A DNA stretch of 61,727 nucleotides from Streptosporangiaceae bacterium (GTDB taxonomy: Bacteria > Actinomycetota > Actinomycetes > Streptosporangiales > Streptosporangiaceae), in the NCBI GenBank assembly GCA_036391385.1, contig DASWAA010000232.1:1-61727 (forward strand), read 5' to 3'. Below, one piece after another: positions 44,220 through 50,828 of this stretch. Each line of letters starts with the position of its first letter. The first letter of the stretch is position 1. The position numbers and the translations under genes were made by a program. Under the pieces are notes generated by a model. That model ran no database searches, was not told the DNA's origin, and saw only the letters and a list, made by a program, of their open reading frames with translations.

Positions 44220-45641
44220 ATGAAAGAACTGCGGAATTTTGTCGGAGGCCAGTGGGCCGATTCGGTCGACAGCAGGCGGGAGGAGCTGATCAACCCCTCC
44301 ACGGGCGAGGCGTTCGCGACCACGCCGATCTCTGGTCCGGCCGATGTGGACGCCGCCTTCAAGGCGGCCGCCGGCGCCTTCGAGACCTGGCGGGACGCGA
44401 CCCCGTCGGAGCGGAGCCTGGCGCTGCTGCGGATCGCCGACGCCATCGAGGCCCGGGCCGACGAGTTCGTGGCGGCCGAATCTGAGAACACCGGCAAGCC
44501 GCTCGGGCTGACCAAGTCCGAGGAGATCCCGCCGATGGTAGACCAGATCAGGTTCTTCGCCGGCGCGGCGCGGATGCTGGAGGGCAAGTCGGCCGGCGAG
44601 TACATGTCGGGGTTCACCTCGATGATCAGGCGCGAGCCGGTCGGCGTGTGCGCCCAGGTCACGCCGTGGAACTACCCGATGATGATGGCCGTCTGGAAGT
44701 GGGCGCCCGCCATCGCCGCCGGCAACACCATCGTGCTCAAGCCGTCGGACACCACACCGGTGAGCACCCTGATGATGGCCGAGCTGATGAACGAGTACCT
44801 GCCGGCCGGCGTGATCAACGTCATCTGCGGCGACAGGGATACCGGCCGCGCCCTGGTAGCGCATCCGGTGCCGCGCATGGTGTCGATCACCGGCAGCGTG
44901 CGCGCGGGCAAGGAGGTCGCGGCCGAGGCGGCGTCCGGCCTCAAGCGGGTGCACCTCGAACTCGGCGGCAAGGCTCCGGTCATCGTCTTCGACGACGCCG
45001 ACCCGGCTAAGGCTGCCGAGGCGATCGCCATCGCCGGCTACTTCAACGCGGGCCAGGACTGCACGGCGGCCACCAGGGTGCTGGCCGGCCCCGGCGTGCA
45101 CGACGACTTCGTCGACGCGCTCGTGGAGCAGGCCAAGGGCCAGGTCACCGGCGGGCCCGACGTCGAGGCCGACTTCGGGCCGCTCAACAACGCCCGCCAG
45201 CTTGACCGGGTGGCAGGCTTCATCAGCCGGCTGCCCGACCACGCGAACGTCCTGACGGGCGGCCAGCGCGCCGGGTCTCGCGGCTTCTTCTTCGAGCCGA
45301 GCGTGGTCAGCGGCCTGCGGCAGGACGACGAGATCATCCAGAACGAGGTCTTCGGCCCGGTCATCACCGTGCAGCGGTTCACCGACGAGGCGCAGGCCCT
45401 CGCCTGGGCTAATGGCACCGAGTACGGTCTGGCGTCCTCTGTCTGGACCTCCGACCACGGCCGCGCGATGCGGATGGCGCGGGCGCTGGACTTCGGCTGC
45501 GTCTGGATCAACACGCACATCCCGCTGGTCGCCGAGATGCCGCACGGCGGCTTCAAGAGCTCCGGCTACGGCAAGGACCTGTCGATGTACGGCTTCGAGG
45601 ACTACACCCGCGTCAAGCACGTGATGTCCTCGCTCGACTAG
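44220..45641 (+). CDS. NAD-dependent aldehyde dehydrogenase (gamma-aminobutyraldehyde dehydrogenase-like)
   Basis: The sequence contains TPWNYPMMMAVWKWAPAIAAGNTIVLKPS, HLELGGKAP, the catalytic Cys in NAGQDCTAATR, and GGFKSSGYGKD. Confidence 0.9.
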   Translation: MKELRNFVGGQWADSVDSRREELINPSTGEAFATTPISGPADVDAAFKAAAGAFETWRDATPSERSLALLRIADAIEARADEFVAAESENTGKPLGLTKSEEIPPMVDQIRFFAGAARMLEGKSAGEYMSGFTSMIRREPVGVCAQVTPWNYPMMMAVWKWAPAIAAGNTIVLKPSDTTPVSTLMMAELMNEYLPAGVINVICGDRDTGRALVAHPVPRMVSITGSVRAGKEVAAEAASGLKRVHLELGGKAPVIVFDDADPAKAAEAIAIAGYFNAGQDCTAATRVLAGPGVHDDFVDALVEQAKGQVTGGPDVEADFGPLNNARQLDRVAGFISRLPDHANVLTGGQRAGSRGFFFEPSVVSGLRQDDEIIQNEVFGPVITVQRFTDEAQALAWANGTEYGLASSVWTSDHGRAMRMARALDFGCVWINTHIPLVAEMPHGGFKSSGYGKDLSMYGFEDYTRVKHVMSSLD

Positions 45642-45650
45642 TCGCTCCGA

Positions 45651-45701
45651 GCAGCCCCGGCGCACGTCTGCCGCGCAGCGGCACGCCGCGCGCCGGGCTG
45701 C
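45651..45701 (+). terminator. Compound GC-rich stem-loop after the aldehyde dehydrogenase gene
   Basis: GCAGCCCCGGCGC (45651..45663) pairs with GCGCCGGGCTGC (45690..45701) with one bulge. It encloses an inner hairpin GCCGC-GCA-GCGGC. Confidence 0.45.
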
Positions 45702-45740
45702 CGCCCCGATGTCGTTGCCGCGAGCCGTAGCATCGGGGGG

Positions 45741-46457
45741 GTGAGTGATGACAGCGCAGTGCAGCGGGTCCTTGTCGTTACGGCTCATCCGGACGACGTG
45801 GATTTCGGTGCGGCGGGGACGATCGCGACCTGGACCGACGCGGGAATCGAGGTCGTCTACTGCGTGGTGACCGACGGCGACGCGGGCGGCAGCGACCCGT
45901 CGGTGAGCCGCACCGACATGGCGGTGCGGCGCCAGGCCGAGCAGATCGCGGCGGCCAAGTGCCTCGGCGTCAGCGACGTGCGCTTCCTCGGTTATCCGGA
46001 CGGCAGGGTCGAGCCTTCGCTCGCATTGCGCCGTGACATCACGCGCGTCATCCGCCAGGTCAGGCCCGATCGCGTGGCCTGCCCGTCGCCGGAGCGCAAT
46101 TACACCCGGATCCCGGCGAGCCATCCCGACCACCGCGCGGTGGGTTCTGCCGCGCTCGACGCTGTCTATCCCGATGCCAGGAACGTGTTCGCGTTCCCCG
46201 AGCTCGCCGCCGAGGGACTTGAGGCCTGGACCGTCCCTGAAGTCTGGATCTTCGGCGGACCTCAGCCCTCGCATTTCGTCGACGTCACCGGCACCTTCGG
46301 GCGGAAGATAGCCGCGCTCCGAGCGCACGAGAGCCAGACCGGCCACATGCCGGACCTGGAGGACATGCTGCGCGGCGCGCTCGCCCGGGCCGCCACTGCG
46401 GCCGGCCTGCCCGAGGGGCGCCTTGCCGAGGCGTTCCAGGTACTCCACATCCCGTGA
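45741..46457 (+). CDS. PIG-L/LmbE family N-acetylglucosaminyl deacetylase
   Basis: The family signature is VLVVTAHPDDVDFGAAGTIATW...VYCVVTDGDAGG...HPDHRAVG. Confidence 0.85.
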   Translation: MSDDSAVQRVLVVTAHPDDVDFGAAGTIATWTDAGIEVVYCVVTDGDAGGSDPSVSRTDMAVRRQAEQIAAAKCLGVSDVRFLGYPDGRVEPSLALRRDITRVIRQVRPDRVACPSPERNYTRIPASHPDHRAVGSAALDAVYPDARNVFAFPELAAEGLEAWTVPEVWIFGGPQPSHFVDVTGTFGRKIAALRAHESQTGHMPDLEDMLRGALARAATAAGLPEGRLAEAFQVLHIP

Positions 46458-46758
46458 CCGGCGTGGGCGCCGGCGGCGCCGAAGAATGAACCGGCCCCGG
46501 CCACCGGGTCACTTCGCCGCCGGCGGCGGCACCCTCGGCTAGTCACTGCCACGTGGGCCGAGCAGGCGCCGCCGGCCCCGGTCTCGGCAGCGCCTGCTGG
46601 GCCCTTCGTTCCCGTGACAAGCTTCCCTTCCGGCGAATATTCCTACTAACCTTGTATGTTAGTCGAGAATATAGGAAGATAGCTCGCGGACGGCCTGCCG
46701 GCTGACCTGAGCAGCGGGCAGCCGGCCACGCACGCCAACCCCCTTGCTAGGAGAGCGA

Positions 46759-47877
46759 ATGCGCAAGCTGATGAAGATCGCCGCCAGTGCGGCCGTGCTG
46801 GCAAGCGCCGTGACACTGATCGCGGGCCCGGCCCTGGCCGACCCGGTCAACGGCAGCGGCAGCCCGGTGACGCCAAAGGAGACCGACGTCGTCAGCGTCG
46901 GATCTGACACCAGCGAGTACCTGGTCGACCAGCTGGCGTTCGATTACAACAAGTCGCACTCGACCGGCCCGCGCCTGTACAGCTGGGACGCGGTAAACCC
47001 GGTCACCGGGCTCACCGACAACATCAAGACGAAGTTCGGCTGCACCGCGATCGTGCGGCCGAACGGGGCGACCGCGGGCCTGACAGCCTTCTACGCGAAC
47101 GCGAAGACCAGCGACGGCAAGCACTACTGCATCGACTACGTCCGCTCCGCCCGTGGTCGCAGCTCCACCGACCCGGCGAAGGGGCCGGGCGGGGTGACCT
47201 TCGTCGCCCTGGCCAAGGACGCCATCAGCTACGCGGCCAACGCCACGACCAACGCTCCGCATAACCTGACCACGGCCCAGCTGAACGCGATCTACACCTG
47301 CACCGCCACCGCCTGGAACCAGGTCGGCGGCACGAGCACCGACACCATCCAGGCGTTCCTGCCGCAGACCGGCTCAGGTCTTCGCACGTCCTTCCTCAAG
47401 GCGATCGGCGTCGCAACGCCCGGCTCGTGCGTAAACAGTTCCGTGCAGCAGAACGAGGGGACTGACCCTCAGTTCAAGGGGAACGCCGACGCGCTCGTGC
47501 CCTACTCGGTCGCCAAGTACATCTCACAGCGCTACCACTCCGCCAAGTGCGGCGTGAAGCCGACCGCCACTCAGAACAGGTTCGGCTGCGACGAGCATGG
47601 CGCCTTCATCCTGAACTCCGTCAACGGCACCAAGCCGACGACCGGCACCGGCACCGGCACCACGATCAATCCGCTATTCAGCGCCAAGTTCATCAACGCG
47701 ATCTATGACGTGGTGCGGTGGGCTCAGACCAGGGACAACATCCCGGCCTACCTCGAGCCGTTCTTCGCCTCGGCTTTCGCCACCACCAGGGGCTGGATCT
47801 GCTCGAACACGACCGCCAGGCAGGACCTCATCAACTACGGATTCCTGCCCACGCCCTTCTGCGGCACCGGCTCCTGA
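46759..47877 (+). CDS. Secreted PstS-family (PBP_like_2) substrate-binding protein, Cys-rich, no lipobox
   Basis: ATG 46759 is preceded by AGGAGAG. The signal peptide MRKLMKIAASAAVLASAVTLIAGPALA|DP contains no Cys. PstS-like motifs are VSVGSDTSEYL, NGATAGL, LTTAQLNAIYTCTATAWNQVGG and PQTGSGLRTSF. The mature part has about 10 Cys. Confidence 0.75.
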   Translation: MRKLMKIAASAAVLASAVTLIAGPALADPVNGSGSPVTPKETDVVSVGSDTSEYLVDQLAFDYNKSHSTGPRLYSWDAVNPVTGLTDNIKTKFGCTAIVRPNGATAGLTAFYANAKTSDGKHYCIDYVRSARGRSSTDPAKGPGGVTFVALAKDAISYAANATTNAPHNLTTAQLNAIYTCTATAWNQVGGTSTDTIQAFLPQTGSGLRTSFLKAIGVATPGSCVNSSVQQNEGTDPQFKGNADALVPYSVAKYISQRYHSAKCGVKPTATQNRFGCDEHGAFILNSVNGTKPTTGTGTGTTINPLFSAKFINAIYDVVRWAQTRDNIPAYLEPFFASAFATTRGWICSNTTARQDLINYGFLPTPFCGTGS

Positions 47878-47932
47878 CTACCGCTCCGCCCCGCACACCA
47901 GCCAGCGCAACGAACGCACCGAAGGACACCCC

Positions 47933-48556
47933 ATGCACCTCACCATCGGCCGCCGGGCCCGCCTCACCGTCCTGGGCGCCGGCCTGATCACCGCGGCAGC
48001 GGTCGCACTGTCCGCTACGGGCCCCGCCCTCGCCGACACGACCGACACCGGCGGCACCGCGACCATCACGATCCCCCGCAGCTACATCGTCCATCTCGCG
48101 AAGTCCGGTGTCGTCCTGCTCGCCGGCGCACCATCCACCTCGAGCTACACCGCCGGGCCGGGCAACTTCTCCAGCACCGATGCCTACACGCTGCCTGTCA
48201 CCGGCGGAAACGGCGAGGTAAGCAACTTCTACGGCACCGTCGACCTCGGCGGCACCCTGGTCGTCATCAGCGCCGCTCACAGCCAGACGGCCACTATCAC
48301 CGACCTGAAGATCAACTTCTTCAACGGCACCCTCACCGGAGTCATCGATGGTGCCGCCCGTCCCGTCACCATCGCCTACATCAGCGGCAACCTGTCCTCG
48401 AGCACGGGAACGGGCACCGAGACCTTCACGGCCACGCAGCTCGCCTTCGGCGCCAGGGCCGCCGCCGCGCTCAACACCGCGCTCGGCACCACGGTCTTCG
48501 CCAGGGCGACCAACCTCGGCAGCCTCAGCACCACCTACGACGTCACCGTCAGCTAG
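47933..48556 (+). CDS. Secreted Thr/Gly/Ser-rich protein of unknown function (RR-containing signal peptide)
   Basis: ATG 47933 is preceded by GAAGGA. The signal peptide is MHLTIGRRARLTVLGAGLITAAAVALSATGPALA|D. The mature part looks beta-rich (TITDLKINFFNGTLTGVIDG...VTIAYISG). It has no Cys and no anchor. Confidence 0.65.
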   Translation: MHLTIGRRARLTVLGAGLITAAAVALSATGPALADTTDTGGTATITIPRSYIVHLAKSGVVLLAGAPSTSSYTAGPGNFSSTDAYTLPVTGGNGEVSNFYGTVDLGGTLVVISAAHSQTATITDLKINFFNGTLTGVIDGAARPVTIAYISGNLSSSTGTGTETFTATQLAFGARAAAALNTALGTTVFARATNLGSLSTTYDVTVS

Positions 48557-48588
48557 CACGACCCGCAGGCCAGACAGGGAACGGAGGC

Positions 48589-48621
48589 GCGTCGCGGCTG
48601 GTGTCGTCACCACCGCGACGC
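48589..48621 (+). terminator. Intra-operon stem-loop followed by a T-rich tract (attenuator or mRNA-stabilising hairpin) before pstC
   Basis: GCGTCGCGG (48589..48597) pairs with CCGCGACGC (48613..48621). The stem can extend via GGAGG/CCTCC (48583..48629), and is followed by TGTTTCTC. Confidence 0.45.
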
Positions 48622-48649
48622 TTCCTCCTGTTTCTCGCTCAGATAGCTA

Positions 48650-49663
48650 GTGGTTGGGAACGTGATGTACGCACCAGCAGTGGACCAGGCTGAGCAGGAC
48701 GTGCCGCGCGTCATAGTCGCCGCGGCCACCGCCGGTGACAGGGTCTTCCGCGGCCTGCTCCGCGCAGCCGGCGTCACCGTGCTGGCCATCACGGTCCTGA
48801 TCCTGGTCTTCCTCGTGCTGCGCTCGGTCAGCGCCTTCCAGCGCGCGGGGCTGGGCTTCTTCACGACGCAGAGCTTCTACCCGGAGACCAGCGACCAGTT
48901 CGGCGTCGCGGCGCTGCTGCCCGACTCGGCGATCATCGCTGTAATCGCGCTGGCCGTCGCCCTGCCGGCGGGCGTGGCGATCGCTATCTATATCTCCGAG
49001 TACGCGCCGCCGCGCCTGCGCGGACCGATGATCGCGGTGGTCGACCTCATGGCGGCCATTCCCAGCATCATCTTCGCGCTCTGGGGCCTGTTCTTCCTGA
49101 TGCCGAGGATTCTCGGCACCGACCAGTGGCTGTCGCGCTGGCTCGGCTCGTTCCTGCCGGTCTTCCAGTTCACCAAGGCTCAGACGCCGGCCAACTACGT
49201 GGGAGCGATGTTCATCGCCGGCTCGGTGGTCTCCCTGATGGTGATCCCGATCATCACCTCACTGTCCAGGCAGGTCTTCTCCCAGGCGCCGCAAGGCGAG
49301 CGGGAAGCCGCCTACTCGCTCGGCTCCACCCGGTGGGGCATGATCCGCACCGTCGTGCTGCCTTTCGGCCGGGCGGGCGTGATCGGTGCCAGCATGCTCG
49401 GCCTGGGCCGTGCGCTCGGCGAGACGATCGCCGTCACCTTCATCCTGACGCCGCTGACCTACACGCTGAACCCGCACATCCTCGAAGGCGGCGGTAACTC
49501 GATCACCGCCGAGATCGCGAACTTCGTGACCCAGTACGACTCCAAGGGCGTCGCCGCGCTGCTGGCCGCCGGCCTGGTGCTCTTCGTAGCGACGCTTATC
49601 GTCAACAGCCTGGCCTCGGTCGTGATCAGCCGATCCCGGTCCGGCGCCCTGACCGCGGACTGA
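48650..49663 (+). CDS. pstC: Phosphate ABC transporter permease PstC
   Basis: It has 6 TM segments and the EAA-loop region ...EAAYSLGSTRWGMIRTVVLPFG...GLGRALGETIAVTFIL typical of PstC. The start could be GTG 48650, GTG 48662 or ATG 48665. Confidence 0.88.
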   Translation: MVGNVMYAPAVDQAEQDVPRVIVAAATAGDRVFRGLLRAAGVTVLAITVLILVFLVLRSVSAFQRAGLGFFTTQSFYPETSDQFGVAALLPDSAIIAVIALAVALPAGVAIAIYISEYAPPRLRGPMIAVVDLMAAIPSIIFALWGLFFLMPRILGTDQWLSRWLGSFLPVFQFTKAQTPANYVGAMFIAGSVVSLMVIPIITSLSRQVFSQAPQGEREAAYSLGSTRWGMIRTVVLPFGRAGVIGASMLGLGRALGETIAVTFILTPLTYTLNPHILEGGGNSITAEIANFVTQYDSKGVAALLAAGLVLFVATLIVNSLASVVISRSRSGALTAD

Positions 49664-49667
49664 TCCG

Positions 49668-50828
49668 ATGACACAGCAGACGCGTGTGCTCGTACCCGTA
49701 CGGCCATCGCCTGACCCCGAAAGTGACCAGCTGCCTGCCGAGAGCCGGCTCCGCCTGCGGCGTGCCACTTCCGAGGGGACCGCGACGTTCGCCGGCGCAG
49801 CGGCCGCGGCCCTCGGCCTGGTCTGGCTGATCTACGAGCGCGTGCTGCCCTTCTCCGGTGCGCTCGGCTTCTGGCTGACCTGGTACGTGGTCTTCCTGGT
49901 GCTGTACACGGTCATGGCGCGGCTGCAGTCAGACCGCCTCGCCGCCAGGGACCAGCTGGCGTCGGTTGCGTTCGGCACGGGCGGCGTCGTGGCCTTCCTG
50001 ATCGTCGTCGAGGAGGTCGGCTACACGCTGCTACGAGGATCCGGCGCCGTCTTCCACCTCAACTTCTGGACTCAGGCGATGTCGTTCGCCGGGCCCGACA
50101 GCCCGATGACGATCGGGGGCGTGCTCCATGCGATCGTCGGATCGCTTGAGCAGCTGGGCATGGCCACCACGATTTCCGTGCCGCTCGGGGTGACCACGGC
50201 ACTGTTCCTCTCCGAGATCGGCGGCGGGCTCGCGCGGACCGTCAGGACCATCGTGGAGGCGATGACGGCCCTGCCTGACCTCATCGCCGGCCTGTTCATC
50301 TACGCGTCGCTCGTGCTCAGCCTCGGTGTCGCCAAGAGCGGGTTCTGCGCGTCGGTCGCCATCGCGGTGACGATGATGCCGATCGTCGCGAGGGCGTCTG
50401 AAGTAGTGCTCCGGCTGATACCCGCAACGATCAAGGAGGCGTCCTGCGCACTGGGCGCCAGTCAGTGGCGCACGGTGTGGAACGTGGTGCTGCCCACCGC
50501 CAGGTCCGGCCTGACGACCGCCGTGGTGCTGGCCATGGCACGCGGTATCGGCGAGACCGCTCCGGTGCTGCTCGTGGCCGGTTACACGAAGGAGCTGAAC
50601 CTCAACCTTTTCAGCGGCCCGCAGACCAGCCTGCCGCTGTTCATCTACGACTCCGTGCATGTGCTCGGCACGAATGCCTATGTCGAGCGCGGCTTCGGGA
50701 CCGGCTTCGTCCTGGTCGTGGTGGTGCTCGCGCTGTTCGCGGCTGCGCGCAGGCTCGGCGGCTCGGCGCCCGGCGAGCTCACCAGGCGGCAGCGCCGCAG
50801 ACTAGCCAGAGAGGCAGCCAGCAGATGA
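49668..50828 (+). CDS. pstA: Phosphate ABC transporter permease PstA
   Basis: The sequence contains KEASCALGASQWRTVWNVVLPTARSGLTTAVVLAMARGIGETAPVLLVAGYT, typical of PstA. It follows pstC after 4 nt. Confidence 0.88.
   Translation: MTQQTRVLVPVRPSPDPESDQLPAESRLRLRRATSEGTATFAGAAAAALGLVWLIYERVLPFSGALGFWLTWYVVFLVLYTVMARLQSDRLAARDQLASVAFGTGGVVAFLIVVEEVGYTLLRGSGAVFHLNFWTQAMSFAGPDSPMTIGGVLHAIVGSLEQLGMATTISVPLGVTTALFLSEIGGGLARTVRTIVEAMTALPDLIAGLFIYASLVLSLGVAKSGFCASVAIAVTMMPIVARASEVVLRLIPATIKEASCALGASQWRTVWNVVLPTARSGLTTAVVLAMARGIGETAPVLLVAGYTKELNLNLFSGPQTSLPLFIYDSVHVLGTNAYVERGFGTGFVLVVVVLALFAAARRLGGSAPGELTRRQRRRLAREAASR

Noticed and set aside
43236-46448. A 1070-aa minus-strand ORF, the longest in the track.
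   Set aside because: It runs antisense to three well-supported plus-strand genes (saccharopine-dehydrogenase-like, aldehyde dehydrogenase, PIG-L). Its translation is Arg/Gly/Pro/Asp-rich with no recognisable motifs. This is the typical stop-free antisense frame of a high-GC genome.
46607-46630. PhoP PHO boxes upstream of the pst-type operon (GTTCCC... GCTTCCC).
   Set aside because: The two elements are 13-14 nt apart rather than 11 nt and match the GTTCACC core only partially. I kept this as a weak hypothesis, not a called feature.
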